Source: Antedon mediterranea (Eukaryota; Animalia; Echinodermata). Taken from it: 64,000 nt of DNA. Within the stretch, counting starts at the first letter, position 1, and every line of letters begins with the position of its first letter. A program made the position numbers and the translations under genes. Positions 41,588-55,693 of the stretch are shown in pieces. The notes below the pieces were generated by a model. The model was not told the origin of the DNA. It ran no database searches and worked only from the letters and a program-made list of their open reading frames with translations. Where the stretch lies: contig NC_092678.1 of assembly GCF_964355755.1 (NCBI RefSeq), positions 21,655,365 through 21,719,364 on the forward strand, in the 5' to 3' direction.

Positions 41588-44500
41588 TTAAACATCGTAA
41601 AGGAGTTTTTTATGCTTCACCCAATCGGAAACTTTTTGTACAGGAGTTTTTTTATTTGTTAGCGCTTTTACAGAATCTGCGATTTTCTGTTCGTTTTCTT
41701 CTAAATACAAGCGAATGTCTTCCTCCATCATGTTCAATTTTTCGGGTCGATTCTCGTCAAGGTCAAAGTCCTCCGATAAAAACGGGTTGAACCGGTAGTA
41801 GGTTTTTGGAGGTAAGAGATCATTCATAATTGTGTGGACAGCTGTTAAAACAAAAACAAAACTTTTATTAATTTTTCTTCTCATCACCAAAAACAGTTTA
41901 TATTATATTGTTTGAAAGGTTTGCATGGCGAAATCAAATGTTGATATCAAGTTTGTGGTACACCATGTATATATAGTTCTGAAAAGAATTTCTTAATTTA
42001 ATATTTAAAAAAAGCACACTAATTATAACATGAAACTCAACACTTCTTTTCAGAACTATATAATGTGTAACGCAAACTATATATCAATAGTTTATATTAG
42101 TTTGAAGATATGCTAGTGATATTCCCAAATATGGTAAGTAGTGATATGACATCATCATCATATTTGGGCAGATCACATTTTGTTGTCACATATAGTTTGA
42201 TACTGTAGACATCGCTTACACTGAGTGTCAGTAGCACTGAGCATGATCTTAACCAATTTTTCTTTCAGTGTGCTGAAACCCTGGTTGACATTTGACCCTT
42301 GCGGATCCCATCTTCCCGTGCCAAGAGAGATGACGCATTGTATTGGCGTGTTAGGCCAAAGAAGCTTGCATTCGTGTATTGCTAACGCAGATGGGTTGTT
42401 TGTCAATACACCGCCATCCTGTACAAGAGAACGAAAAGAAGTTTGCATTGCTAGTTTACGGCAGATGGGGGTGAGTTTATATAGACACAGCTAAATGCAA
42501 TGTGTGACAAGTGTGAATAGACAAATCCTGTACAGTATAGTATTACTATAATCATAGAGATATTATAATATCTCTATGCTACAATTATTGAATTTGCGTT
42601 AGATACACATACACATACTTACATATGAATGAAATAAGTATGTATTTTTTTCATACAAATTTTATTCCCCATGAGTTAAATTAGGAATTTCCTTTGATAA
42701 AATGCATAGTTTGACTAAAAAATAACCTTATTTTATTATATGATCATGGTTTTTTTTTCGTCTTTACCTGGAAAATATAATCATCAAGTTTGTGCTCCTC
42801 GAAGTAGCCCGGTGCAGCAGAAGATGCCCTGAGGGCTTGCCAGGATGGGTACGATGAGCTGCCTAGGTATCTGGACGACACGCCAGCTGGTAAGTTGTAA
42901 TTTCGAAAGAGGTAGTCCTTCAAAGCACCTTGGTTGATTAGTGTTGCTACAGTTGCAACCTTGGTGGACAAGAAGAAAAATAATGTAAAGCAGGCACAAA
43001 CAAAATTTTAGGCATGAAAAAATACATTCTTAAAGCTCTGTCTACACTATCAAGAATGTGTCCAAATACGGTAGTGGTATGACATCATTGTGTTCATATA
43101 TGGACATATATCATATTTCTTTGTCCCATAAAGTTTGATAGTGTAGACAGAGCTTTAGATAAATTATATAACAAATAAAGTACAAGCAAGGATTTATGTC
43201 GATTTAGTGTTGATTAAAAAGGTTTTACCTTTGGACAAGTAGGGTCCTTGGCAAACTCTATCATTCTCTCCTTTGCCATTGGATAAGTCCTGAAAAAATA
43301 TTGACATTCAAAATATACATGTTTGCTTTTTTTTTTTGTGAATGGAAATAAAGAAACAAACAGAACATACATGCAACAGATAAAGGCCAGTAACAGGATG
43401 CCGTAAAATATTGATTTTGATAAACATAAACAAATTACTAGTGATCAATAGAACATTTTAATTTTCTGTATTTAGTAAGGATCTATAGAATATTTTATTA
43501 TATTGTATATATTAAGGATCTATAGAATATTGTATTGTAATGTGTATATTAGGATCTATAGAATATTTAAAGGATCTATAGAATATTATATTGTATGTAT
43601 TAAGGATCTATAGAGTAATATTTTATTATTGTACAGTATATATTAAGTATCTATAGAAAACTTTCATTTATATGTTTTATATAAAATATCTATTCCATTC
43701 ATTTTAATTTATTTTGTATACTAAGTATATTTATAATTTGTATTTACTTCAAAATGTTAGCCCAGCCTTCCGTATCATAAAAAGCGTGGTTGAGAAATAG
43801 TTTTCCGGTTCCAACCAAAGAGTTCCTTTTAAAAACCTCCAGGGATTGTCTCCTATATATCGCACTGCACTCATCCAGCGTTGAATGACCGAAGGATAGC
43901 AAGAAAGCAAGCACGCCACCCGAGCTGACGCCCATGATGTAGTCAAACATGTCCCGAATTCTACAATTTGTGCGCCGCTCCAGCTCACGTAAAACTTGGA
44001 TAGGAATTACCCCTCTAAGAAAAAAGAATACATCTTGGTAATTTTGTTAAATAAAAATTAATGTTTTTTGGGTTTTTTTTTTAATCAGTTTATACCTTGC
44101 TCCTCCTCCATCAATACTCAGTACTCGAAGACCTCGTCCTCTCACATTCGGCACGTAACCGAGCAATGCCAAACACATGTGCACGTGTTCTACCAGTGCT
44201 CTGTCCCAAGTTTTTTGCATCTTTAACAACGACGGTATAGCGCCGACCTATAAAACAATTAAAATGATTAGGAATATAAAGTTGGTGGCCGAAAAATGAA
44301 AAATTGGTGCTAAACAAGATTTTCTTTGCCGTACCTTTACCGCAACCTGTCGTGATTCTGGATATTGTAGGAGATGTTCAGCAAGCCGTTCTACTCGCAA
44401 TAGCTTCATAGCTGTTGTTTCGGCAGTTCGGACACCAATTGAAAGAGCCTTCGTGCGATTATCTATGCTTGCTTTGCATATCTACAAATGAGAAACAAAT

Positions 44501-45791
44501 GTTAATTTTTATTTAGAGTTTAAAGGAACTAACTTTATTGATTTAAAATTTTTATCTATCTCTTTTTTCAACGTACTTTTGATTTTCCTTCGTTTTGGTT
44601 GTTTGATGTGTGTTCTTGTTGCTTCACTGCTTTCACCGTTTGCTCCAGGTACTTCTTCATCTTTGTCGTGGTCGTCTCACCTTCTGATTTAGATGCGTTA
44701 CTTGCCGGGGAAGAAGCAACAATATTCACGGTAGAGCCCGCCATTTCTCCCATTTTAAGCAACGTGTCTTCAAGCGTGTAAACCTTGCCTTGTGGAGAAG
44801 GAAGATCTCTATTTCGTTCTGCAGCAGATTTCACCTTGCTTCCTTTGAATCTTGTTGTGAACTGGTCGATCTTCGGAATACTAGATATCTTGTCTTTTAA
44901 ACTGGTAAGGGTTCCCTGCAGATCCTGGGTCATATCGTCAGTCTTTTGAGCTGCTCTTTTCAAAGTTGTTTCGGTAAATGAGGTAGCGTTTTTAAATGAT
45001 GATGTTGACTTTATATCTTCTAGTGATGGTAATGACATTTTCATCTTATTTAGGTTCAACTTGCTGTCTTTCTTGCTTTCAACTTTATCAGATATTTTGA
45101 CCAAACCAGAAGACTCTTCACTACAACTGGGAGGTTCATCATGATTTTCAGATGATTCATTATTTCCAAACGATGTTAGTTCATCGGTCACAGCACGTGA
45201 ATTTAAAGAATCTGTCGTTAAATCCGTTTCCTTATTACTACTTGATTTTTTATCAGTTTCATTTACATGGTTACTATTGTGCTGAACCAATTTGTGAGGA
45301 TTTTCATTCGATTTAAGTTGAAATAATGTCGTCGGACCAAAACTAGACGTAGAGTTATTAACCTTATCTTTTAAGGAGTTCACCATCACGTTTGCTTTTT
45401 CTTTCACTTCTGAATATCGTTCCTCAATCCTAGCGTTTAATTTGTTTAAAACGTCGGTAGTTTCATTTTGTGACAATCTAAAAATGTCATTTTTGATGGA
45501 CTCATCATGCTTTTCCTGATTTGAGGAACTGTATTTTCTCGGGAATGATGTTAATAACTGTGATTGTAAATACACAGCGCGTACATTAACGCCATGAAAG
45601 GTGTACTCCCGTAAAGCACTAGTAGCTCGAAGTATTCTACCCCTTTTAAAATGAGTTGTGTTTGTAAAGTTTCTTGTTTTATTGATTTTCGTCGGTCTTG
45701 AGATATTGTTTTCAACACTTTTGTAGATGGCTCTTGACTTCAGTGACATCAGCATGCCTTGATGGTTTACAGTACTGGTGAGTGCCATCAT
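41588..45791 (-). CDS. PNPLA8: Calcium-independent phospholipase A2-gamma (patatin-like phospholipase 8)
   Basis: Exons 45791-44577, 44481-44335, 44247-44096, 44014-43748, 43289-43229, 42959-42768, 42418-42220, 41841-41588; SIDNRTKAL, LRVLSIDGGGARG, FDYIMGVSSG, ALRASSAAPGYF, DGGVLTNNP, YYRFNP. Confidence 0.95.
43031..43157. mobile_element. Short MITE (AAGCTCTGTCTACACTATC family), intronic in PNPLA8
   Basis: TAAAGCTCTGTCTACACTATCAA ... TTGATAGTGTAGACAGAGCTTTA. Confidence 0.85.
43475..43660. repeat. AT-rich degenerate tandem repeat built on TAAGGATCTATAGAATAT
   Basis: About six copies of AGGATCTATAGA with variable AT spacers. Confidence 0.8.
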
Positions 45792-46299
45792 TAACCGACC
45801 GAGTATCACACACTAAAAATCAAAAGTAAATACAGGTATTAAATGAACATACCTGAGCTGTCGATTACATAATAATAAATGTTGATTGTTTGTTTGAGAT
45901 TTGTGTGTATGTTCAAAAGAGTGTTGTGTACTACAGTACTACTACTACTACAAATACAAATGATGTGAAGATTTACCTTGATCTTGGACATCTAAAGCAA
46001 TGCTTGTGTGTCCCTCCGGTATATATTCTATTACAGTAGTATTACATGTTCTATCATAATTCCTACATACTAACAAGCTAGGCTTGGTTTCTAAATATTT
46101 TACTAAAATAGGAACAATTAATTAGACTCTCTAGGCTCGCCTCGAGGCCTAAATATATACTAAAGAGTCTAGGCTAGGCCTAGTCAGAGAGAGGCCTATT
46201 TATTTTAAATTCCTCTAGGCCTAGGCTAGACTATAAGTCTAAAAAAATACGAAAGTGTGTATCTACTATTTATATATAACATCTCTTACAATTAATTAA

Positions 46300-46780
46300 T
46301 CTGTTATATCACTAGTTAAGCATCGCTAGTTACATTTATTTCTTCTCCTTATCATCAAAACAATAACACTGTCAACAACACGTACGTAATCAGAGAGAAT
46401 CGTACGATCATGTTTGGGTTTTTAATTTTGTTTATCATTTTGAAGGTGTGACTCATTCCAGTCATGTGATTGGTCCATTCTGTCGCCCATTTCAAATAAT
46501 TTTTAATTTCAAAAGTTAATTATGTACAAATTTCCAAATAGTGTTAAATAATAATACACTGACTTAAATTTAGTTGATCATTTTTACTTATTTGAAAATT
46601 TACCATTTGTACATAAAGTTCAAAATGTATTTAATTCTAATAATAAATCTAAAAGTTTAAATTCGAATCACTCTTGCGTGGCAAGAAGTAAACATTGCAT
46701 TTTGAGAGAGTCATCGATGCACGTGTGTTTTTCTGTTATTTTGCTGAAAACAAAAACCAATGTACAACACATACTAAAAC
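46300..46780. promoter_or_regulatory. Probable bidirectional promoter PNPLA8/SHQ1
   Basis: Head-to-head genes with start codons 1.4 kb apart; ATTGG at ~46470, CACGT motifs, TAGGCCTA-rich tracts on both sides. Confidence 0.5.
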
Positions 46781-47214
46781 ATTTTTATTTGTTATTAAGA
46801 CATTTTTTGTATAGGTTAATAGCGTTGGTTAATTCAGGTCTGAACTAGGCCCTAGCTAGGCTAGTTTAGTAGGCATATATGATTAGTTTAAATATTACAT
46901 TAGTTTAGGCTGCAATCAGACGCCACACAGCACAGGCTCAGTTATTATTGTTAGACGGCAATAGATGGCTGAAAGATAGGACGAAACGACCTGATTATAT
47001 TATTATATGCCTATGATGCATAAACCGGAAAAACACAAAATAAACAAATGGGAATTTACTACTTTGTTAAAATATTAAACTGAATGAATATAATTTTTAA
47101 TCTTATATGTCAAACATTATTAAAGAGCATAAATTGAATAAAATTCAACCAATACTTTTGTATACCCTTCTGATCTGTTCCAGGTTGTGTATTACATAAT
47201 TTACATCAAGAACC

Positions 47215-50200
47215 ATGCTGACGCCAGCCTTTGACATCACGCAGACTCATAACACTATTACCATATTGATCAAGGCAAGGTTTGCCAAGGTATCGGATGT
47301 TGAAATCGAGGTGGATGGAAAAGTTTTTAAATTCTATTCAAAACCATACTTTTTGAGGTATAATTAATTTATAATTGTGGTTAAGCTATACAATTTCAGG
47401 GGTTGGATCCAAGGGGGTACGGCCTGTCTCCCCTCCACCTAGATTTCGCAAATTGTAATGCAAAAGATAAGATATCAAATTATGCTCAGCCATTTTTAGG
47501 CCCTGGGCTATTTCAATATCTTGATGGATCCACCACTTAAAATATTATCTTTCACCTTTCAGATTAAATCTACCTGGAAGACTAGTTGAGGATGGTAGTG
47601 AGACTGCAAGTTATGATGTTGATGAAGGTACAATTAATATTATTAATTTAATAAATAATTCATAATAATAGTAACTGAAGTTCTATTATTAATGCATGGC
47701 TACCACACTTATTCAACTTGTTAGTGGCGGTTTCATCGCTGTTGGTTGACAACTGAATAAAATAAAATAAAAAAAATTTCAAATTATACTGTAATATTCC
47801 AGGAGCGTTCACAGTTGTAATTCCAAAGGCAACCAATGGTGAATATTTTGAAAGTCTAGGCATGCTGACCAAGCTCCTGGCACCAAGTGGTCAGACACAC
47901 ATTCAGGGAGCGTCTATTGAAGTTACAGGTTTGTTGATCATCTCTCCCAATACTGTACTAAACACACTAGCCTGGCCAAAAATGTGTACTTTTTCTTGTA
48001 TTCTGATTGCATTTTGGACCTCAAGAACATTCTGGTCTGGTCTGATTTTCAGAGAGTTATGGAGACTTTAGTAATAATGTTCTGGAATGAAGAAAGTTGA
48101 TTTGAATATTGAGTTGATATTCAAATAGTACTGTATTTTTAACCTCTGCACCATTTTATTTATAGATTCCTCTGGGTCTTGTGAGCCTAGTCGGACACTT
48201 GAAGATGATGAGGAGGAGGAGATTGATTGGCAGGTGATTCAAGCACCATATTTGGATGACGAGACCGTAACTGTTGGCAACGCTTGTTACGGCTTTGCCA
48301 ATAAAAAGAGCGGTGTGTTTAATAGGCTGCAGGTTAGTGCAATTGTTATTACATATTACAGTACATTAAAAAAAAGTTGGGAGAAAATGTTCCAGCTAAG
48401 TGTTTCCAATTACTGTATATGGCCTGAATATAATCCCATACTCAAGTATAATCCCACCCCTAATTTTCATCAAATTCTGAACACAAAGCCCTCTGAAATT
48501 ATACCACGCTATATATGGTAATATTTGATCTGGTGATAATATAATACCTTTTTTTTTTCAGGATGAACTTTGCGGGATTGTTGACGTTAAAGATCCAGAT
48601 AATACAATGCCAATGAACAGAAAGAAATACAGAATGGAAGATGAAAAAGAACACTTTGACGAAGATCATTATCTGTGAGTCATAATATACATTAAAAATT
48701 ATTCTGCTACCGAACCCATTCTAAAGTTCTACACTCACTCCCCAATTTGGAGAAAATGTTTTATATTTATACCAACTCCTCTTACTTGAGTCAATTTGTT
48801 GGACATTTGATAGCAGTATCGTTAACTATTTAATAAATTTGTGATTGTATCGTATCAAGATAGCTATTGTCATCAGAAATCTTATTTTTCAGAGCTGATC
48901 TATACGAAGATGAATGCATTCAGTGTTTACTAGCCTACAAGGCACCATGGGAAAGTGAATATACTGAAATGCAGAACAAACAAGGTCAAGAAGTTGATCA
49001 GACCAAGGACTCTGGCCAAGATAACCTGAGATCATCTGATAAAGAGCAAATCGGTAGGTTAGAGTTACTAATAATAATGTGTTTCAAATTTAAAATTTCC
49101 CAGTTTTTGCAGCAGCTTAACCTTTAGCCTAGGAAAGCTGGAATTTGCCTCTATACATGTTCATTGTGATCTATCTTGCCTGGCTAGCTCAAGTCTGGAT
49201 AACCCCTTCCCCACTCTCAAAACTAATGAAAGGTGCCTTGGAAACAATAATCTTCTATGTTTGAATGTCTAAACAAATTCTTTGTATGACCACGGAGCCA
49301 AAAGAAAATATGTACAGTACACCAAGTTAAAAATAAACTCTGTTTTTTGTTTTCAGTTATTTTTTCCGATGACGAGAAGGAACAGATGAGAAAACTACCA
49401 CGTCGAGAGATCTTACATGACAAAGAAAGTGATAGCGTTGCTCTGCTGTCATTAGTTGATATTTTATTTGCGTATGCATATAATTATAGGACAACAGAAG
49501 GTGATAACAATGTATGTATTACGTCACAGATTTAACAATATACGGTTTATCCGGTTTTTCCGCAAAAACCGACTTGAATTTAACATTGAATATTTTTGTC
49601 ATTTATATTCAGGTGGAGTCGGCTTGGACCATCTGCAAGCTAAGCTCAACACTTAGTTGGATGAATTCATTTGCTTCTTTGCAAGACGTCGTTGAAGCCA
49701 GTTTTCGTAGGAGCATTTGCTACCCCCTCTACCGACACTGGAAACTATCCAGTAAAGTCCTAAATGATGTGAAAAAAGTATTTGTTTTAGGTAAAAAACA
49801 TTTTATATCGAAGTGGATTATTTGTTTATTTTCCCCTGTATGGTTACATTGGATGAGTCAATTTCTATATTTGGAAGTAGACCCAAATATGGAAATCAAT
49901 TTTAATTCAATTCAAAGCAACATTTATTTACTCCTTTCGTATAACTTTTTCCATTCCAATGATTGATTGTATATTTTAACACAGTTATATTATTTCGACA
50001 TGTAAAATTTCAAGATAAATTTTTAAATATTTTGAGTATTTGTTTATGAATACAGTCAACTCTCCCAATACCGGACTCTCTAAAACCATACTTTTCTTGA
50101 GGTTCAAACGGTCCCAAATTCATTTTTACCATTAAAAACGCATTCTAGAATGCTCTCCAGAAAACGAGATATTATAGGCCAGCCCAAAGGTGGGAGAGTT

Positions 50201-51322
50201 GACTGTATAAAGGTCAACTCAGACAACATCTCTCTGAATACAATCCCGTCTTGTGATAGTTTTTAGGTCGTCGCAAGAACTTTAAACATGTTTATAGTTT
50301 CTCCCTACGAGACAACTTGACGTACGATACTGTCTGAGTTGGCCTTAAGAATTTGGTTTGTGTTGTAATAGGTCGAAGAAGGTTGTTGAAATGCTTGCTA
50401 GAGATACATCAATTGTTGTCTCATGATGATCCACGCTACATTCTAAATGAGTTGTATATCACAGACTACTGCCTGTGGATTCAGACGGTAAGCCAACGGA
50501 GGTTGGAATCGGTTGCCAAAGCTCTGAGGAAGGTGAGATTTAGATGTAAGGTAGAGAGTGTTCAAGTACCAAAAGGGGGTCCAGCAATGTTTTAAATTAT
50601 TATTAAACTGTAATAGTAAAATAGGTTCTTATAAATCGCATACAAAAATCAAAATGGCCACTGGTAGTGCTTGTAAAAGTATGCTAAACAGCTTAAAAGT
50701 ACAAAAACTGAGTATTATAATAGTAATGCCATTAATGTTTGATTTTAAGGTTAAAGTTCACAAGGATGACATTGGTTTTGACCTGGTGGAATTAGAACAA
50801 GCAGCTGAGTTGGTTTTGGAAGAAGAAGAAAACGAAGAAACGACCATTGAAGCCGACATACAGCAATATGGCTACCCAGAAATTCTTTATACTAATGCTA
50901 ACTCTTCTGCCGTGGAGGAATCTGTGATTAAAACTGCTGAAGAAGAGATGAAACAATCCGAAAGTTTTGTTACTGAAAAATGTGGAGAGTCAGCAGAGGA
51001 AAGTGTAATTAATGGAATTGAAGAATTTGAACATTTATCTTTAAAAGATGAACATGAAGTTCTAAAAAATATTTCAATACATGACTCAAATGGTGTAGGA
51101 AAATTGCAAAAAAATGAAAGTAACATTGATAATGAGATAAAAAAGGAAGGTGGTAGAATGATTGATGTAACAGCCCAAGTTGTAGAACCATTGTCTGAAT
51201 TATCTATAGCCTATGATGATACAGTAACTAAGCTAGACTCCAAAGATACAGACTCTTCAGATCCTGCTTTCATTGAGTGGATACACAAACCACCAGTTAA
51301 AAAGATTGAGATGTTTGAATAA
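47215..51322 (+). CDS. SHQ1: H/ACA ribonucleoprotein assembly factor SHQ1
   Basis: Exons 47215-47357, 47563-47627, 47803-47928, 48166-48332, 48562-48674, 48893-49053, 49357-49511, 49613-49790, 50372-50532, 50750-51322; MLTPAFD..., KFYSKPYFLRLNLPG, YGFANK, LVDILFAYAY..RTTEG, VESAWTICKLS, YPLYRHW, RYILNELYITDYC. Confidence 0.95.
50053..50205. mobile_element. Tc1/mariner (Tigger-like) MITE; a second small TIR element abuts it at 50210-50346
   Basis: TA|CAGTCAACTCTCCCA ... TGGGAGAGTTGACTG|TA; neighbour AAGGTCAACTCAGACA ... TGTCTGAGTTGGCCTT. Confidence 0.8.
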
Positions 51323-51336
51323 AATAATTGCCTTAA

Positions 51337-51663
51337 AGATGTATTGTCCCCCAAAAACATGAAGATTAATTAAATCAGACTTTGAATAGGTTATTTTGTA
51401 GTTTACTGAATCACTTCAGTAGAAAAAAACGGGGAAAAAACATCGTTTTCACTTATAAAATGAGAAAATAAATGGTTAAATTCGACCAAAAAACCTATTG
51501 GCTGGCAGCCAATTTGACTATTTTTCCTTTAAATTATGTTTTTTTCAAATAAATAAATTTCTTTTCGATCCAATTTTTGGTCAAAACTATTATGTGATAT
51601 TAAAATGGCATATTCAACAAAAAAATTAGAAAAAAACATATTTTTCAGGGGGACAATACATCT
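51337..51663. mobile_element. TTAA-flanked MITE (Kolobok-like), copy 2, 14 bp after SHQ1 stop
   Basis: TTAA|AGATGTATTGTCCCC ... GGGGACAATACATCT|TTAA. Confidence 0.85.
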
Positions 51664-52560
51664 TTAAATGATACGATTTATATTATAACTTTGTACTGTA
51701 TATTATGTATATATTGTATTATATACTGTATTAATATTTTGTCTATATCAACTAATATCTAAATTCTTCATTCGAATCATTCTACAAAATGATTTGCTGT
51801 CTTTTGGGCACAAAGTTTAGAAAACTGTGCAGTATTGTATGAATTGTCAAGCAAATAAAATACAATTATTAGTTAAACAGTCGGTTTAATAATTTGTTGT
51901 TTGCATGATGTAATCTCAACACGCCTATTTGAACTACAATTACTGTAAGATCAAATACCGTTGTTATGCATGATTTGCACAATTTGAATTCAAACTATTC
52001 AATGTTGTGTGCCTTTGTTTTGGCGGACTTGGCTTGCCATAAAGTTTCCTACGTGCAAATAGCCAATCGGAATCCGTATCCGTATGGTTTTTGAACTTGA
52101 TCTTGATAAATCTACGTGGAGAAATAAGATTGTCTGGGTTATTTTTAGTCGTGAGGTATTTCTCATTTTGCGTTATTATAAAAAGGTAGGTCTATATATA
52201 TGTTTAATTTATACTAGATACGTGTGTTAGAATTCAGGTAAATAACCGTGTGATAAATAGCCTGCTTGCTTGAGCTAGCTTAGCCAGGCTAGGCCTAAAA
52301 TAGGCTAGTGGTAGTGGTATTCGCTCTCTAGCCTAGGTAGGCCTACCCTAGTTAGTAGTCGTAGTGTAGCACTAGGGCCTAGCCTAGGCCTACTACACAC
52401 TACACAGGATCCCTACACAGTATGTGTCTCTTGCTAGGCCTAGTCTGTTCTAGTGTAGCCTATCTACAGGCCTAGGACCTACTAGATATTACAATTTGAC
52501 ATATTTATTGATTAAATGATTACTTTACAGATTCAATTCAGGCAATCAATCGAAACCAAA

Positions 52561-55500
52561 ATGTCGTTGCAGTGGAATTTTGTTGCCGCTATTCTTTATT
52601 TTGAGATTTTTGTCGTGATACTATTCATGTTGCCATTTATTAAATCATACATGTAAGTAGTCTATATTATTAAATTACTTGACAAGAACCTTATAAAACT
52701 TTTTTTAATTGGTAATTTGTTTTAATTGTATAATTTATAAATGATTCTTTTCTTTTAGGTGGCAGAAAGTGTTCAGATCACGCTGGTTAAAAATATTGAC
52801 GGATTATGCGCATATTTATTTCAAATTTCTTATGGTTATTCTTATTCTCCTCTTTCTTGGTAAGTTTAAGATTCTATTATAATGCACAGTGCTCAAGTTT
52901 TGTGCCCGAAAGCCTTCAAAATCAGAAATAAATGAACATTTATAAATTGTTGTATTGAATGTTTTTAGATGCAGTTCGTGAAGTCAGAAAATACTCCAAT
53001 ACCAAGGTGGACATCAACCTACCAGAGGCAGAAATCTCAATGAACATGAAGATGTTTAGGGCTCAGCGAAACCTCTACATATCTGGCTTTGCCTTTCTGC
53101 TTTTATTGTGAGTCTTTACTTGGTAAAATAGAATTGTTTGATAGCACCAACAAACGTTATCATTCATATATGTATGTACTTACAGAACATGCCTATTGAA
53201 ATGCAAGACAATTGGTTCATTAATAACTTCACAAACAAAAAAAAGAATAATTTGTATTCTTAAACATGGGCCAAAATAATAATATTTTGCCAATTATGTT
53301 ACTGATACCTGAGTGCTTCCATTTTGTTATTTGTTATTATAAATATTTAATGACTGTCTTGTAATGTAATAAATTTAGTTTGTTTATCAATTATTCATTA
53401 TTATATATATTACCTCTATTCATGTTCATTTATTATTCATTAGTTAATATAATATTCATTAGGAATTAAGAATACAGAATTTATTTGATGAAATATTGGC
53501 TGCTCTATTTAACTCGGCTTGAGCAGTCAATATTTAAACTCATGAAATAGTCTCACTATCCAACTCATAAACATTCATTATTTGTATAATATTCATTCAT
53601 TACATTATTTGAATGTTTATTAAATTTGAATATTCATTAACTCTAATGTTTATTATTGAATATTCATTAACTCTAATGTTGAATATTGATTGGGTCACAT
53701 TAATTCTTAATGTCAGCTAGCAAGAATGAAATGGAATGTATTATGGTATCATCATTTGAATCATCCAGGCTCCACAACAAAATGATTGAGATCCTGAGAT
53801 GATCTGATACCAGTGTTTTTTTTTGTGTGTGTGTGTTTGCCTTTTTTCTTTTTTTTTGCCTTTTTTATTTATTTTCTTATGTGATGCAATTGCTTTTGTA
53901 ACTATGGAGATACGTTTCCGAAAAATAAAAGTAAAATGAAATGAATATTCATATTTATTATTAATTGTATAATTATTATATATATTATATATATATTTAT
54001 CACTAATTTATCTCTATTCAATGTTGATAATTGCTGTTTCTTGTTTTCCAATAGTGTGCTGAATAGAATGAGCAAGTTGATTTCAAAAGAAGCCAGTCTA
54101 ACAGCATCGAATGAAGCCTCATTGAAGCAGGCTCGAGGAGCATCTGAACAAGCTAAAAAGCTTATGGCCGAGATTGAAGAATTACAAAAGGTATAATCAT
54201 TTTAAATAGCCTGAAAGTTTTGAGGGATTTCCCCGAATGGTTGTAAAATCAAAACGGTACTGGGTTTGGTCTTCTAGCGTTCCCGCTCCCAACTAGTCAT
54301 CCATTCATAGAAGTTATAGTTGATTGAAAAGTTTTGTAAAGCTCTGTCTACATTATCAAACTTAATGTGACAAAAAATGTGATGTGCCCATATGGACATG
54401 ATATCATATCACTACCATATTAAGGCATATCACTACCATATTTGGGCACATCAAACTTTTTTGTCAAACTAGTTTGATAGTATAGAGAGAGCTTTTGAAA
54501 TAGAGTATAATATTTAAATCACATTGTCAATACACCCGTTTATGGCCTAAGATACACTTCTGCATGGTAAAAACATTGTACACAAAAAAATTTTTTTTTT
54601 TGTAGGAGGGCAAACGCAAACTGTCTCGATCAAACTCAATGGCTGATGTTGCCATGGCGGCGGTTGCTGACAGTGAGGTTACTAAAGAACTAAAAGCCAC
54701 AAAAGAAGAAGTTACAAACTTAACAAATGGTATTTACCTAAAACATTTTTCAATTATATTCACAAGAATTGTAATGTTTTTTGTGGAACTACTGTGTATA
54801 ACAAGGATTTCTTTTTTGTAAAAACCAAAAAATTATAAGCGAACTTACAGAACGTTTCGAAACCTGGAGTAACTTTGCGTCCGATGTGAGTAATTGGCCA
54901 GATGTTTGCCCTACTCTGGGCAAATAATTTGTACTTTGTTGAGGTATGAATGCCAGGCTAGTGATCTGGAGGTCGTGGGTTCGAGTCCCACCTTTGAGTA
55001 GCTTGCGAAAAAAAAGTTATTCTGAATGTACTTAGTATATATTTACAAGGCCAATAATATTTGGTTTTCGCAATCCAATTTCTTTTTTTTTAAGTGTTCA
55101 GTGGTTTTATTAACCAATCACACTTAGTATGGTTGTATAATTTGATATTTTATCAAGTTATTCATTATTGACAAAATTGATTATATTTTACAGAGTTGGA
55201 AATTGCTAAGCTAGATTTAAAAACATTCAAGAAACAGGCAGAAGGTGTTTCGACAGAGTATGACAGGCTGCTGGTTGAACATGCCAAGTTACAAGTAGGC
55301 CTAAATATTTTTATGTCCTCATTTATAGTTATAATAATATTTTTTTATTTATTAAGTTAATATAAATAAAAACAGTCAGTTTTTTGTTTTAAAAAGACAT
55401 GGCTATTAAATATTTTAGGGTAGTTGGGGTGGGTGGGGGGAGGAAAAGCTCTAAAGCCTGTTTAGCCAAGCCTAGAAACAAGTTACATTATGTTAATTTA

Positions 55501-55693
55501 TTGTGCGCATGCCGGGACATGATTCCTCACTCTATTCTTCAACATAGTTTGCTTGTTTCTGGGTCGCGGCAATGACCAATCATAAAGCAATACGAATGTC
55601 CTATGTTCTTCTAAAAAATGTTCCAAACCAATTTTCTTATTTCTTTAGAAACAATTGGAGACTCAAGATGGAGAATCAAAGAAGGAAAACTAA
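52561..55693 (+). CDS. BCAP31: B-cell receptor-associated protein 31/29 family ER membrane protein
   Basis: Exons 52561-52652, 52759-52859, 52969-53107, 54055-54190, 54606-54729, 55194-55294, 55649-55693; MSLQW..., LFLDAVREVRKY, MKMFRAQRNLYISGF, KKQAEG..TEYDRL, C-terminal KKEN (KKXX); single pro-ortholog of BCAP29/BCAP31. Confidence 0.93.
54337..54495. mobile_element. Short MITE (AAGCTCTGTCTACA family), intronic in BCAP31
   Basis: TIRs as at 43031-43157. Confidence 0.8.
54953..54992 (+). pseudogene. tRNA-derived fragment (SINE head or tRNA pseudogene, Thr-AGT-like)
   Basis: Anticodon arm CCAGG-CTAGTGA-TCTGG and T-arm GTGGG-TTCGAGT-CCCAC (B box) present; no acceptor stem or clear D arm. Confidence 0.6.

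Noticed and set aside
52045-52120. ER-stress element upstream of BCAP31
   Set aside because: CCAAT and ACGTG cores exist but not in ERSE (CCAAT-N9-CCACG) or UPRE configuration
54953-54992. Functional tRNA-Thr gene
   Set aside because: Only anticodon and T arms are present; no acceptor stem
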